DNA of 64,000 nt, taken from the NCBI GenBank assembly GCA_027474245.1, contig CM049887.1, positions 20,879,762-20,943,761 on the forward strand, written 5' to 3'. A model generated the notes under the pieces. It saw only the letters and a list, made by a program, of their open reading frames with translations, ran no database searches and had not been told where the DNA came from. The position numbers were made by a program, and so were the translations under genes. The stretch comes from Spheniscus humboldti (taxonomy: Eukaryota). Shown piece by piece: positions 1 to 13,900 of this stretch (positions within the stretch are counted from its first letter, which is position 1; each line of letters begins with the position of its first letter).

Positions 1-239
1 TGCTTGTAGCTTGCATATTTCCATAGCCTGGTGTATATTACACATTACTGTGTGATTATGATTCTATTGTGGTTTTACCACAACTAGAAAATAAGAGGGA
101 ACTCCTTAGTAAAGGGCAAGGCAAAACCACGAAACAAGGCATGTATCAGTCTTCCCACCTCCTCAGCGCCCCCCCTTCAATATCTAATAGGTAACAGCGT
201 CCAGGATAAGGAACACTTAAACTGGACACAAGTTAAGTG

Positions 240-1725
240 CATTGGGCCTGATGGCAGGCAGCCACGAGCGCTGACGGAGCTGGCTGATGGTATTGCGAGG
301 CCGCTCTCTTATCACTGAAAGGGCACGGCAATTGGGAGAGGTGTGTGAGGACTAGAGGAAAGCAAATGTCACTCCGATCTTCAAGAAAGGCAGGAAGGAG
401 GACCCAGGGAACTATAGGCCCTGAGAAGGTGACAGACCAGCTATTCCTGGAAACCATTACCAGACCAAGCAGGGCAAGAAGGTAACTGGGAGTAGTCAGC
501 ATGGATTTACAAAGGGGTCATTTGCAAATCCTTAAGGATCCTAATCTGATAGCCTCTGTGATGAGGTGACCAGTTCAGTGGATATGGGGAGAGTAGTGGA
601 TATTGTCTTCCTTGATTTCAGGAAGGCTTCTGACACTGTCTGCCATATCGTCTTCATTGACAAGCAGATGAAGGACAGGCTAGATAAGTGGACAATGAGG
701 TGAACTGAAAACTGGCTGAACAGGTGGGCCCAGGAGGTTGTGATCAATGGCACAAAGTCCAGTTGGAGGCCAGTAACTAGCAGAGTACCCCAGGAATCAG
801 TACTGGGGCCAGTCCTTTTCCAACATCTTCATTTACGACCTGGATGACACAGCGCACCCTCAGCAAGTTTGCAGGTGATACAAAGCTGAGAGGAGTGGCT
901 GATACACCAGAGGGTCATGCTGCCATCCAGAGGGACCTCAACAGGCTGGAAAAATGGGCCCACAGGATCTCATAAAGTTCAACAGAGGGAAATGCCAAAT
1001 CCTGCACCTGGGGAAGAATAATCCCAGGCACCAGGATAGGCTGGAGGCCAACTGGCTGGAAAGCAACTTTGCAGATAAGGACCTGAGGGTCTTGGTGAAC
1101 TCCAAGAACCACCATGAACAAAGAATGTGACCTGGCCACAAAAAAGGCCAATGGCATCCTGCACTGCATTACAAAGAAAGTTGCCAGCAGATGGGAGAGA
1201 GATGATTCTTCCCCTCTACTCGGCATTTGTGAGATACCTGGAGTGTTGTGTCCTGTGTTGGGCTCCCCAGTACAAGAGTGAATGGAAAACAACTGAGGGA
1301 CTGGACCATCTTTCATGTTACAAAAGGCTGAAAGAGCTGGGGCTGTTCAGCCTGGAGAAGGTGGGGTGAAATCTTATAAACATTTATAAACATCTAACAA
1401 GAGGGTATAAGGGTATAAAGATGACAGAGACACAGCCTTCCCAGTGGTGCCCAGGGTCAGGACCAGAAGCAGTGGGCACAAACTGCAACACGGGAGGTTC
1501 TCTCTGAACATCAGGAAACTTCTACTTTGAGGGTGACCGAGCGCTGGTACAGGTTGCCCAAGGAGGTTGTGGAGTCTCCATTCCTTGGAGACCAAACCCA
1601 AATAGACATAGTCCTGGGCAGCCTGCTCTACCTGACATCCTGCTTTGAGCAGGGGGTTGGATTATACAATCTTCACAGCACCCTTCCAACCTCAGATATT
1701 CTGGGATTCTGTGAAAAGCCTGTCC
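240..1725 (+). mobile_element. CR1 LINE (ORF2 RT region and 3' end), old and degraded copy with stops and frameshifts
   Basis: The plus-strand translation shows CR1 RT motifs in order across three shifting frames: NVTPIFKKGRKEDPGNYRP, then VDIVFLDFRKASDTV and [15 protein letters not shown], then the C-terminal LFSLEK and the tail RWYRLPKEVVESP. It ends in a degenerate attctgggattctgtga tail. ORF-track ORF 1127..1369(+) is a piece of it. Confidence 0.8.
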
Positions 1726-2343
1726 CAATTTCAGCTGCAGAGGTGAGATGGGAGTTCACACTGCGGGGCTCAGGAAAGAAGTTATTTCCAGTAGCAACAG
1801 TAACTACAAGACTGTCTGACATACAGCACATTACTGGGGTGACCTGAACACTAGGGAGGGGGGCAGGGCTCCAACTCTTCATCTGAAGCATGCACAGAGA
1901 AAATCTTTTCTTTGGAACAATCTTTTACAAAGCAATGCTACCTAAGTGAAGGATGCAACAAGGCATAGCAGGTAGAGAGTAAAAGGTAGGGGGAAAAAAA
2001 GGAGACAGAGCTTCCATGGAGAGCATGCTAGGATTCTGCCTGTCTCGAGTAGAAATTTTGAACTATTTCAGTCTTGGAAATCAAAGACCACATGGGCAAT
2101 TTTTCAGTATTAGTTATAACTCACAGTACAGTTTGAGCTGTATTACTGCAGAAAGATTTCTTCTCTCATGTTGCCCTTTCCATGCTTTTTACAGAATGAC
2201 AGAGGACCCCATTATGCTTATATTTCCCATGCAAGTCTCTGAAGTTTTACTGCTTACTTCCCACACTTAATTTACCAACTGACTTGGAAATCAGTAAAAG
2301 GACCCCTCTAATTAGCAATAAATCATATCAACTACTACTATAG

Positions 2344-2425
2344 GATCACAGAATGGTTTGGGTTGGAAGGGAACTTTGAAGATCATCTAGCCCAACCCTC
2401 CTGCCATGGGCAGGGACAACTCTCA
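2344..2425 (-). mobile_element. CR1 3'-terminal fragment (about 80 bp), antisense orientation
   Basis: atcacagaatggtttgggttggaagggaactttgaagatcatctagcccaaccctcctgccatgggcagggacaac is the reverse complement of the canonical CR1 3' UTR terminus. Confidence 0.75.
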
Positions 2426-4370
2426 CATGTCATTAATAAATAGCTCTCTATATATCTTGTTCTATAGATACCTAGTTCTCTATTTACTATTAACACAACT
2501 ATAGAAACAACTCTGAGTACATTTACTAGGCCAAATGAACACTGGAGAGAACCAACCCAAATTCTTCTTGCTTTATCAGTAGAACTTGCACATCTCAGTT
2601 AAATCCCATCAGTGGATTTTTACTTTATAAAAGCAACTGGTATTTTGGAATTTCAGAACTATCAGAACTACTGAACCAAGCTGCATAAATCTCCCTTTAA
2701 AACCTTTGTATCTGTCAGTCCTACAGAGATGCTTCCAACACCCAGGGTAGATGACACTACATACCTATGTGTACGCAAATGAACTCTACCCCAGGTTTTA
2801 CAGAGTACATGGCCACAGCCTTCCAGACCAAAGCCTACTGGCTAATCCCGAGGAGAGTTCAGAATCGGAAACTACAATGTTGATCGTACAAACTGGATTC
2901 TGAGTGCAATGTATCAATAACATCCAGTAGCTCAGACATGGCATCATATTAATGTGGCACTATGGGTTTTGGATATAAGACGCATTATGACTAGCCAGAT
3001 TTTGAGCTGTCTGCAAGAGGCCGTGTAAATATACTTCAAGTCCTTTAAAAACATGTTAACATATGACAGGAATTATGCAAAGAATTACATTACCTGAAAG
3101 CAAGTACCAGTTGAAGTGTGGGGGCAGAACTACTCTACATCAAATCGCAAATGTGAACAAAAAGAGGGCTCCTACTTTCAGTAACTGCTGAATAAAGCCA
3201 AATATCCTAATACATACCTCATACTAACACTTGGTTTAGGCTTCCCTTTTGTATGCATAAGATAGCAGAAGGATTCTGCACAAGCCAGTCTTCATCTGCA
3301 TTTTAAGATTTTAATAGTAACCTAAAAAATAAAGAGACAGTAAATAACTGCAACACTTCAAACAAACTAGAAAATAAGTAGCATCTCTTTTCAAATACCC
3401 GTAAGTGTACTATGGAGAAATAAACCGTAATAAAATGTCACATTACCAGAAAAAAAATCCATTTATTCTCTACCCATTCTTACCAGTTAGTTGTTACTAC
3501 ACAGACTTCTCTAAAGATTTTAAATTTAATTTTACTACCTCAGCAGTTAAAAAACAGCTGTTCCAAGAACATTAACAAGTTCCTAGACTGTCATACTTCT
3601 GCTTGGATTAAGTGCAGTTCCGCTCCAAAGAGCCCTAAGTCATTTCTCTCTGGAGGGTTTTTAACACACACGTATCAAACACAACACTGTCTTCTTCTAG
3701 GCCAATGCATGTGGCCAAAGTGACATTTCATCCTTCTCATATTACTGCCACTACAATAATTAGGATCCCTGCACACAACACAGTTATTAATGAAACTTGA
3801 GAACTAACTGTTCTCACTGTAGTTGTACTGAGGGTACGGAAGCAGAAATACAGTCTCCTCCCTGTTCCGCAGCCTGCTGCGATACAGACATTTAACAGAT
3901 GCTTTAAAAGGGCAAAGCTATATATGAAAATAATACAACTGAACTGGAATAAAATATTGTCCTACTTTATAACAACATCTCAGAACTGCATACAAGTCTC
4001 ATTAAAATACATTTTAATACTAAAAGCATTAGAAATTGATGCAACAGTTTAAGACTTTTGTCATTTCAAAACTTCTGCAATACATCTTGCATTTGCAGTA
4101 AGTGCAGTTGGAAGAACAAACAGCAAGTCAGAATATAATTTTGTTCTGTTACATTTATTAATTCATAATTAAAATTACTGTAATTATATTTTAAAAGGCC
4201 TAAATAATAATTGAAAGCGTTACTAAGAGTATCCATCCTGAACTCCGTGTGTCTTCTTCCAGAGTCCACACGCAAAATAATTACCCAAAGTGTTTAAAAT
4301 GCAACAGCTCCCTGCCCCAGTCATTCAGGCTTCAAAACAGCTCTCACCCATATGCATGCATACATTCCTG

Positions 4371-4389
4371 CCCGCCCCCCCCCCCCCCC
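4371..4389. repeat. C-rich homopolymer (cccgccc followed by C15)
   Basis: Read directly from the sequence. Confidence 0.9.
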
Positions 4390-5757
4390 AATTAAAATCA
4401 CCTCTTCTCCACAAATGCCCGATTTAAAATAACATGCGGGTACTGCAATGTTTGATAGGTTTAACATAATCCATTACTCAGGCTGGGAAAGCAGACACAG
4501 AAACATGTTGCAGAGCCAAGGAGCCCTAAAGAAATCTCTGAACAGAAGAAGTCTGCCTGGAAAGTCCCCGATTACAGCAACACAAGGGGATGAAGAACTC
4601 TGCTCACAGATAAAGACTTCTTAAAACAATTTACCAACATCCTGAGGTCCTGTTTGATGATCAGAAAACTTAGCACACCCTGCAAATATTTGTTACAGAA
4701 AGAATTACTCTGGAAAGCCACACACAAGTTGCACCTTTCAGGCTAGCTTCACTTCAGGAACAGCCCCAAAAAGCAACTCAGAAGTGACGTATGTGCAAAT
4801 TACAACACACAACCACAAACATATACAATAAAGGTAACATTTACCTTATCAGGTACAGCTGAAAAACAGCTGAGGCTAGCAGCTCAGAATAAATACGATT
4901 TCAAAGTTGGCACAATTTAATGTCTGAGTCCTATTAAAAGTGCTGTTAATTCCTCAATTCTCCTATTTGCTTCCTTTTCCTCTCCCCCCCTCCCCCCATG
5001 GTGCAGCTTGCTATATATCAAGTTTCAGAAGTTCTGTTATCTATTCCATAACACAGACATTCAGGAAGATGGATACTTTCTTCCTAAAGCAGGTATGACA
5101 GAGCACAGCCCACTAACCCTTTATAACTAGAGTTATAATTTTGCAAGTGCTAGTATTAAAATCATTTAGCAGGTCAAACACAATCGATGACTGTCAGCCT
5201 TGGGGACCAGGCTGGAATTGTCATCTGGACAAATATTAGTGTCCTGGGACATTACCTCCACATGGTCAAACTAATCCAGCTATTGATAAGTATGCACCCA
5301 TCTTAAAGGGAAGCTACAATTACAAACTGCACATCTTTCAGTGTGTATTTTAATATTATGAAAAAAACATAATAATTAGGCTTTTCTTCCTTTCTTCCCC
5401 TGCCTACAAACAGGAAGGCCAAGACCTCCAAAGGCCTAACACAGTCTCTCCAGTTTCCGTAACAGCCCGCGTCTATTACCTTCTCTTTCTTGGCCACCCA
5501 GATTTACTGAGGAGAAAGCAGTGAGCCAGATTCTTGGCAACTAGTAGATACTAGTGACAAAACTGTAGCCAAATAAATCTGATATGTTTTTGAAGACAAC
5601 CCCTAAAACCAGCCAGTAAGACCATATAGTAGTGTTACTAATTAATCATTTACCATAACTCAAATACTTACAAAGTGATTATATAGTGTGTGGGTTTAAT
5701 TTTTTTTTTTAACAGTATGTCTCTGCCTCTGCACTATTTCTTCAGGATTCTCTCTCT

Positions 5758-6985
5758 ACAGGAATCATAGAATCATAGAATCATTAAGGTTGGAAAAGAC
5801 CTCTAAGATCATCGAGTCCAACCATCAACCCAACACCACCATGCCCACTAAACCATGTCCCTAAGCACCTCATCAACACGTCTTTTAAATACTTCCAGGG
5901 ATGGTGACTCAACCACCTCCCTGGGCAGCCTGTTCCAATGTTTAACCACTCTCTCCGTAAAGAAATTTTTCCTCACGTCCAATCTAAACCTCCCCTGGCA
6001 CAACTTGAGGCCATTGCCTCTCGTCCTATCGCTTGTTACCCGGGAGAAGAGACCGACCCCCACCTCACTACAACCTCCTTTCAGGTAGTTGTAGAGAGCG
6101 ATGAGGTCTCCCCTCAGCCTCCTCTTCTCCAGGCTAAACAACCCCAGTTCCCTCAGCCACTCCTCATAAGACTTGTTCTCCAGACCCCTCACCAGCCTCG
6201 TTGCCCTTCTCTGGACACGCTCCAGCACCTCGATGTCCTTCTTGTAGTGAGGGGCCCAAAACTGAACACTGTATTCAAGGTGCGGCCTCACCAGTGCCGA
6301 GTACAGGGGCACGATCACTTCCCTACTCCTGCTGGCCACACTATTTCTGATACAGGCCAAGATGCCATTGGCCTTCTTGGCCACCTGGGCACACTGCTGG
6401 CTCATGTTCAGCCGGCTGTCGACCAACACCCCCAGGTCCTTTTCCGACAGGCAGCTTTCCAGCCACTCTTCCCCAAGCCTGTAGCACTGCATGGGGTTGT
6501 TGTGGCCAAAGTGCAGGACCCGGCACTTGGCCTTGTTGAACCTCATACAGTTGGCCTCGGCCCATCGATCCAGCCTGTCCAGGTCCCTCTGCAGAGCCTT
6601 CCTACCCTCCAGCAGATCAACACTCCCGCCCAACTTGGTGTCGTCTGCAAACTTACTGAGGGTGCACTCGATCCCCTCATCCAGATCATCGATAAAGATA
6701 TTGAACAAGACCGGCCCCAAAACTGAGCCCTGGGGAACACCGCTCATGACCGGCCGCCAACTGGATCGAACTCCATTCACCACAACTCTCTGGGCCCGGC
6801 CGTCCAGCCAGTTTTTGACCCAGCGCAGAGTACACCTGTCTAAGGCGTGAGCCGCCAGCTTCTCGAGGAGAATGCTGTGGGAGACGGTGTCAAAGGCCTT
6901 ACTGAAGTCCAGGTAGACCATGTCCACAGCCTTTCCCTCATCCACTAGGCGGGTCACCTGGTCATAGAAGGAGATCAGGAAATTA
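5758..6985 (-). mobile_element. CR1 LINE, 5'-truncated but young-looking (intact RT C-terminal frame, 3' UTR and (aatcatag)3 tail)
   Basis: The minus-strand ORF 5848..6957 (369 aa, no stops) carries the CR1 ORF2 motifs [34 protein letters not shown] and [36 protein letters not shown]. The frame continues upstream as [10 protein letters not shown] to about 6985. The 3' end at 5758-5783 is gaatcatagaatcatagaatcat, which is the CR1 (ATTCTATG)n tail in reverse complement. Confidence 0.9.
5848..6957 (-). CDS. CR1 ORF2 reverse-transcriptase C-terminal portion (transposon-encoded, not a host gene)
   Basis: A 369-codon open frame with the motifs listed above. It lacks the N-terminal endonuclease and RT fingers, so the copy is not autonomous. 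Confidence 0.85.
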   Translation of the reverse strand: MTRLVDEGKAVDMVYLDFSKAFDTVSHSILLEKLAAHALDRCTLRWVKNWLDGRAQRVVVNGVRSSWRPVMSGVPQGSVLGPVLFNIFIDDLDEGIECTLSKFADDTKLGGSVDLLEGRKALQRDLDRLDRWAEANCMRFNKAKCRVLHFGHNNPMQCYRLGEEWLESCLSEKDLGVLVDSRLNMSQQCAQVAKKANGILACIRNSVASRSREVIVPLYSALVRPHLEYSVQFWAPHYKKDIEVLERVQRRATRLVRGLENKSYEEWLRELGLFSLEKRRLRGDLIALYNYLKGGCSEVGVGLFSRVTSDRTRGNGLKLCQGRFRLDVRKNFFTERVVKHWNRLPREVVESPSLEVFKRRVDEVLRDMV

Positions 6986-9900
6986 CGATCATTTCAACCT
7001 CTACCCCATAAGAGACTTTATGATTAGCAGTAATTACTTCGTTAGACCTGAATGTGTCCTGGCAGCTAGTGCTGCGAAAAGGGATTTGTAAGAGCGAGCA
7101 GGAGCACAGAAAATAGTTATTTTTAAAGTAACACTCTGAATCATCTTAATTCATATGATAAAGCTTTTCTTTAAATTAAAACTCAAAGTGGGTATGGTGC
7201 CAAGCAAAATGAATCTGAACTATTCTAAAAGGCTAACAGCATGATAAACATGCCTATTCTGAAGAGAACAGATACATCACACACAAACTGAGCGATACTG
7301 TGTATATATTTTGCCATTCATTATCAAGGAAAATTGAAAACCAGCTCCTCAGTACAACCTACCTCAAGTAACACACATTCAGCTTAACAGAGTACTCTCC
7401 ACTACTGTCTTCCAATACTGAATTGCGATGTGAGACAAGCTGCCACAGCAGCATACCAAGCAGAAACAGCCACAACAATCTACAACACTGAAGGACATTT
7501 TACATTTACCTTGCACACTGATGCTATGCAGCTTCACTGGCTTGACGGACAGAAAAGGTTGGTTTCTTGGTTGTTTTGTTGTTGTTTTTATTTAACAGGA
7601 TTTCTGGTGGCTACCGTAACAAAGAGCTTCCCCCCTATATTTCCCGCCATTTCCCCCTTTATTTTACGTCTACTTTAAAAATTACCTAGCAACACATAAC
7701 AGCAGCATGGGTAAATTTTGACTTCCACTGAAGTGGACCATACGACATTTTGCACCAGCAGGCATAGGTATCATTTTGAGAGTAGCAAAGCCACTATCCA
7801 TCACACAGAAAGGAAGAACTCCAATGCCGAGCTGTTCTCAGGAAAACACACAATCCCTTGTGGCCATTTATTTGGGGTTTCCAAAGGGAACCCGAGATGA
7901 TCCGCAGAGCTGTGTTCATGTTTGCATTTGTTCAGGTTTACCTATCAAAAGGTAACAGATAAAAATGTTGGCTGCTGACATACTAACAGAAGATACAGTG
8001 CTAGACATTTTTAAATGGTCAAGCAATCTTTTCCTCCCCATCGTTCTCTTAGTTTTTACTCACGTCTGGCCAAACCCGCTCTCCTTATCGTGAGTAGCCT
8101 CTGCCGAGGACAAAAGCACACATTTGCAACAATAAAACCATCAGAGAGTAAATCAGTTGTCACCCTGGCATCACTGCATGGCTGCCAGTGATTACAGGAG
8201 ACAAACTGCATCATAACCTGTCCCAATCTTATGTTCCCCAAATTCTTCCTTAAGAGCATATACTTGCAGACAGCTAGAAGCAAGTAAGTATTTAAAGGAA
8301 AAAGTGAACATTACCAAATTAAGGCTCAAAAGGAAAATTAAGTTCCTAGAAACAAAAGAGCAAATACTACTTGAACTGAGCCAGCAAGGTATTCAATTTC
8401 CTTGACAAGACTATTAAAAACATTTTACATCTGTTTCAGTTTTCAGTTTATAAGGTATAGGGTATCTGAAGTTAGCACCTCACATGGAATGAGGAATGTG
8501 AATGTAGTAATATTCCTCTTCTGGAATCAGATTTCAAAAAAGAAAAAATGGTGGCGGTTACTAGTGACTAGGTAATAAACCCGTACCAGTGACAATACTA
8601 TGATCAAAGAACATTTATTTTTCTGTTTTGCCTGGATTGCGAAACTTCACTCATACAGAAGTTAAACTATTTCTTCAGTATCTGGGGAATGATGAGCATA
8701 TCTGAAAATATTTAAACAGAAAGGACAAAGATTTCATCTGTGCAGCTTAAGCAAGGTCTGAATTTGAACACACTGAAATTTTTAAGTACTTTGTAAATTT
8801 AATAAAAATTGTTCATTTGCAAGTCATTATGTTCCTAGATGCAAGACCATGCATTTAATACAAAAGGAGGATCCTTTTCTTTTGGTAAAAAAGATTCCCT
8901 ACAATTTCAAAGAAGTTTGGATTTGATCAGTAGAAGGGAATGAAGTCTTTAGTTTCTTAATGTCACTCAGGCTTCTATTGCACAGTATAATTAAAGTGTT
9001 ATGTTTTTATACATATTTTTAATATATACACACATTATATTTTTGCAAAATTTTGTGAACAGTGAGGCTGTGGTTATACAAAGTCATTAAAATAATCCTA
9101 TACAAAATAGCAACTCGATCCCGTATTTTTGAATACGGCCCCCTCCCCTATATTGCTCACTAACATTCCCATGTCCAGTTGAGGAATCTGCAGCACCAGA
9201 ATAGCTGGCTAATCAGACAGTGATTTTCGTAATTATCCATTCTACATATGTTGTCATTAATGCAACAGAAACGTCTTCAGATATTCTGATTTCTACTTTC
9301 AATGATTGTGTTCATGCTGAGCAGCCTGGAAAAACATCCAGGTACAGTATCATTTTCTCCATTCAGACTCACATGCCCTTTTACATGGATGCAAAGTTCC
9401 TGAGCGTTTTGTGATACTTTACCTTACCATGAACAGTTAAGAAGTACAAAAACGTTGAAGGAGCAAGGGAATAACCTTTAACCCTCATCATCTCTTTCAC
9501 CTAGAAGTAATGACGTATAGATGTGACTTCACCAATTAACAGGAGAACTTAAGAAACCTGACATATCAAAAGTATCTGAAACCATTGCATCACTCAGCAT
9601 TGGAAGTTACAGTTAAAACTTCATGAGCTTGTTTTATGTCAGGTTCTAGAAATTCTGAGTGATTTCACCTACCACAGAAACTTACGGCTTGTTTACATAC
9701 AGAGTTTGAAACAAATTTAGAAGTCTGCTGTAAACTAGATATAGTTAAACCAGCACAGCTAGCCTACAGTTAAGTAGTATCAGTACTGCTCTTACTACTT
9801 TAACAGAAGTCAGGATATCATTGCACTACGTGCTGTGCAAACAAGTTTACAATTATGCAATCTGAGATGACAGAACCACTAAGAAAATTTTAGAGAGATT

Positions 9901-10663
9901 TGTATCAATTTAGTTTGATTTCAAAATAATTTGTTTTAAAGTAGCAAAAATGTGTATAGCCTAAGAGACAGTTTTCTCAGATTTTACAGTTTTAAGACTA
10001 TAGAAAATCAGCATAAACTTTGTATTATAGCAAAATACTTATATATAGTTGAGATGTGACAACCTCACTAGTTTGAGGATATTTTGGATCTTCCAAAAAC
10101 TAGGGGGGAATCTAGTTTCAAGGGAAACGTCCTAGATTGTGCATAACCCAACTTTATCTAATTTTAAAAACCAGCATTCCTAAGGAATTGTGAAACTCAC
10201 TGATAACACACTGCATTTACTTCTGAAGTGTTAGCAATGCTGCTTTACACAACTTCATACAACACTCCCCATTCCCTCCTGTAGGATTCCTTACCTGTCA
10301 TTTTTGCAGCAGGTGCCAAGTTAGGCCAGTGTCCTAACCTCGTCTTCCAAAATAATGACAGCAGAATTGATTATCTTTGTGGGGCTAAAATCTCTGAAGC
10401 CGTAAGACTGTGCTGGGGGAAAGGGCAGGGCAAGCTGTGGTCGCACCGTCCTTATAAAGAGCAACAACTCAAGAGTCACTCAAAGAGCTTTCATCTTTGA
10501 AGTGCTTCATTTGAAAATGTAAAATTTAACAATACTAAGCATTACATACATCTATATTGAAATGACACTTACTAAGGAACCATTCAAATACCTAGGCATG
10601 TAATAGGCTTTTAATGTTAATTCATATAAAGTTCAATAAAGTCAAAGCTTTATTTAGATGAAA

Positions 10664-10925
10664 GAATCACAGAAGGATTAATATTGGAAGGGACCTCTAG
10701 AGATCACCTGGTCCAACCCCCCCCTTGCTCAAGCAGGGCCACCTAGAGCTGGCTGCCCAGGACCGTGTCCAGACAGCTTTTAGTATCTCCAAGGACAGAG
10801 ACTCCACAACCTCTCTGGGCAACGTGTGCCAGTGCTCCGTCACTCTCACAGTAAAAATGTGTTTCCTGATTTCAGAGGGAACCTCCTGTGTTTCAGTTTG
10901 TGCCCACTGCCTCTAGTCCTGTCAA
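10664..10925 (-). mobile_element. CR1 3' fragment (about 260 bp), antisense orientation
   Basis: aatcacagaaggattaatattggaagggacctctagagatcacctggtccaacc ... gctggctgcccaggaccgtgtccagacagc ... ctctctgggcaac is the reverse complement of the CR1 ORF2 tail and 3' UTR. Its antisense pseudo-ORF resembles those of the other copies. Confidence 0.75.
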
Positions 10926-13900
10926 AAGATTTGGTAATTTATTGTGCAATTAAATCATGTGCTTCCTATGCTAACTCTGCTGGGTGGCGATTTTTATCTC
11001 TGACTACTTCATGACAAATACAGAACACCAACTTCTAGCTTCCACCATAATAAAGCCATATTTGGTAGAAAAAAGAAAATCTTACATTAGATTTGAAATA
11101 CACAGGAAATGGAATCTGTATTTCAAGACAAAGACAACAGAACAGCATTACAAACTGCAAGGTATCCTGCAAATGTTTTATCATATATTGGTCCACATAT
11201 ATGGTGACATAAAGACTTACCTGTTGATGAAAAAAAACACAAAGCAATGTTGAATAAAGGTACCATTTCTCATGAAAACTCATGTTTTGTAGAGATGAAG
11301 GTATTTACAGATCTTTTTCAATATGACATTACTAGTCCTTGCAACAAACCAAGCCTACACTTGGCCAGTCTAAACAGATTATTGTTCAGACCTGGGCTAA
11401 AAGTTGTGCATAACACCGCCAAGGAACCTGTGAAAATTTTTAAGGCAAAATACGCAGTGAACTCAACCGCATAAAACTGAAAAGGAGAAATTCTCTACTT
11501 GCTACTGTTGTACAAGCTTCATCGTCTGGCAAGCTGGGACTTGGACTTGGCTTTTTGTCCTTTACTTGCACAATTGGACATATTGCTGATGCTGCACTAA
11601 GATTTATCTCAACTTTCTATTACCATTTTACTTCCCTTATTTTAGTAGAAGTGGCTACTACCTGTAAGATAAAGTTATTGTTCCTACCCAAAGTGAAATA
11701 GCTTTCTAAGTGAATATCAAACATTAAAAAAAGCATCAAGCCTCAGCTCTCATATACGTAGAGCTAAGGAAGCACCTGCTAACGTATAATAAAGAGGACC
11801 AAAAAGCACAACATTAGGAATAATTTCAACTTTGAATAACAGATTTAACTATCGGGCATCTCGGTTTATGTTAGGAATACCATTAAAATGGTATTCCACT
11901 ATCTAACCCCCTTAAAAGACATTCCAGTTGGCTACAACTTTCTTCTCTTGAGAACAACAAAGGCCTTAATGATGAAACCACATTTGCACAGGACTAAGCC
12001 AACACCACGTGGTAAGAAATAGGGAACTTCTTTTTGTTATCATCTTCTATACAAAGGCAGTCAGTTGGCATCATATTCAAGACTAAAATATTTCGAATCA
12101 GAGGTTGACTGTTGACACTATTTTTCATCATTGTTCTTTCAGATTTCAAGATGCAAGCTCATACTATAATTCTCACATTAAAAATACACATTTAAAAATA
12201 AGTTATCAAAATTATGTCAGGTGACAAATTTGTAAATAACACATTAATGAGAAAATGGTTATGAACACAGACTAGAACATAAAAGTTGTTACTTCAGTTA
12301 CCTGTATTTGACTTTTGATGTACATAAGGGAAAAACGTCCATTCTAAGACACTACAAACTATTTGCTATGTCTTGAAAAAGAAACTCCACATAAGCAAGT
12401 AGCAGCTTCTCCAATGAAGTCCGCGTTTCAAACCGAAGTTCTGCATACTGATGCATCAATTTCTTTGAAAGGTTAACAGAACATTTACCTGTGATCAGAT
12501 TCTTCCACTACTTTTTACGGACCATCCTCAAAGAGCTCACAGTTTGCTCTCCTATTCTGCTCAACCTTGTTCTTGCCTTCTCGTAACTTTATTTCAATCT
12601 TATTTAAAAACCTATTTCAGTCAACTTACTTTCATTTTGAGCTCTGCAAAATCTCGCATCTGGTCAGCACCTGATTGCTGAGTATGCTCTGACAGGGTAC
12701 ATTTATGCATAAATTTTGAGTGATTCTAGTTTACACCACACTGAAAACTAAAATAAATGCAGATATCCAAATAGTTTAAAGATGAACCTCAGCACCTGGA
12801 GACAGAACCAGGCCTCCGCATCTTTATTACAAAATTAGGGAATCGGACTGAAATAATCATCCAACAGATTCATATCAAAGGGATTTGTGTTGTTGACAGT
12901 ACAAGTGTAACCGGGTTGTTTTTTTTTTTTAATTTGTATATATTTATTAAGTCTCTACTCAAGCTTGCTCAGATTGATACCTCATTGAGAGTACCAGATT
13001 TGTAATTCATGAAAGGTAACATTTGGACACGCACTGCAATCACTGAAAAGGTGTAAACTAAGACGACTGTAGCTAGCAAGAGCAAATGCTGATTTAAGTG
13101 CTCCATGACTATACCACCCTCAACCCCCAACTGCAGTAGCTGCCACTGTGCAACTGGTATTCGCTAAGCAGAAGAAATGAAGACTTTGAAAAGCATCCTT
13201 GTAGCCATAAAGGAACTTCATTAACTGAGGCAGGTGAAGCAACTGCTGAAACAACTGGCACTACCATATTCAAAGTCCTGGGAAGGTTAGGACAGTCGTG
13301 TAGCTGTACACGTACCCAATCAGCAGACAAGCTACCTCAGGTGCTGACTGTTCAACTACTCAGATTTATCACTGTGGCAAGATAATTACATTCTTCACAA
13401 ACTTAAATCCTGATAGTCCTATTCTTGTTTTGTGACGATCAAGGCAAAGAGGACATTTTCCTGCAACAAGAGCAGGACCAGATTTGGGCAGCATTTGTTT
13501 TTAAGCAGGAGCTCTCTGAACTCGTGACACAAGTCCTCTATTGGAAGCATCTGTACATTAAGTTATATATATTTGAACTTCAGTCCTTTCCCAGCACAAT
13601 TTTGTCTTGTATATTTAGCCTTAATAAAGTTCCACCTCTGTTCCTTTAAGGTTATGTAGACAAAACCTAAAAATATGAGAAAATACAGCCAACTCCCCAA
13701 TAACATTACTCTTCTCCATATCTTAATGAAACACAGGCTTTCAGACTTATTTTGTCCATTAAAGCATGTATTTTATTTGCATGTTTACATTGAACTAGTT
13801 TCATTTATAGCAGAACTCTGAAACAATATTTAAGAATTTTAGACGAAGTTTATCAAGAGTCATATTTGGGGTTTTTAATTCTATGGTAGCTTCCAAATAT

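Noticed and set aside
233-1316. Minus-strand ORFs 233..502, 541..753, 915..1316 and others
   Set aside because: They are antisense readings of the degraded plus-strand CR1 copy.
5758-5783. Short direct repeat (aatcatag)x3, which could in principle be a CRISPR or tandem-repeat candidate
   Set aside because: It is the characteristic 8-bp microsatellite tail of a CR1 LINE. It has only three units, no spacers and lies in a eukaryotic context.
5938-6726. 262-aa plus-strand ORF (Pro/Gln/Leu-rich) and the overlapping 6491..6850(+) ORF
   Set aside because: They lie exactly antisense to the intact CR1 ORF2 on the minus strand. An open antisense frame is a by-product of the sense ORF's codon usage. 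There are no recognisable motifs.
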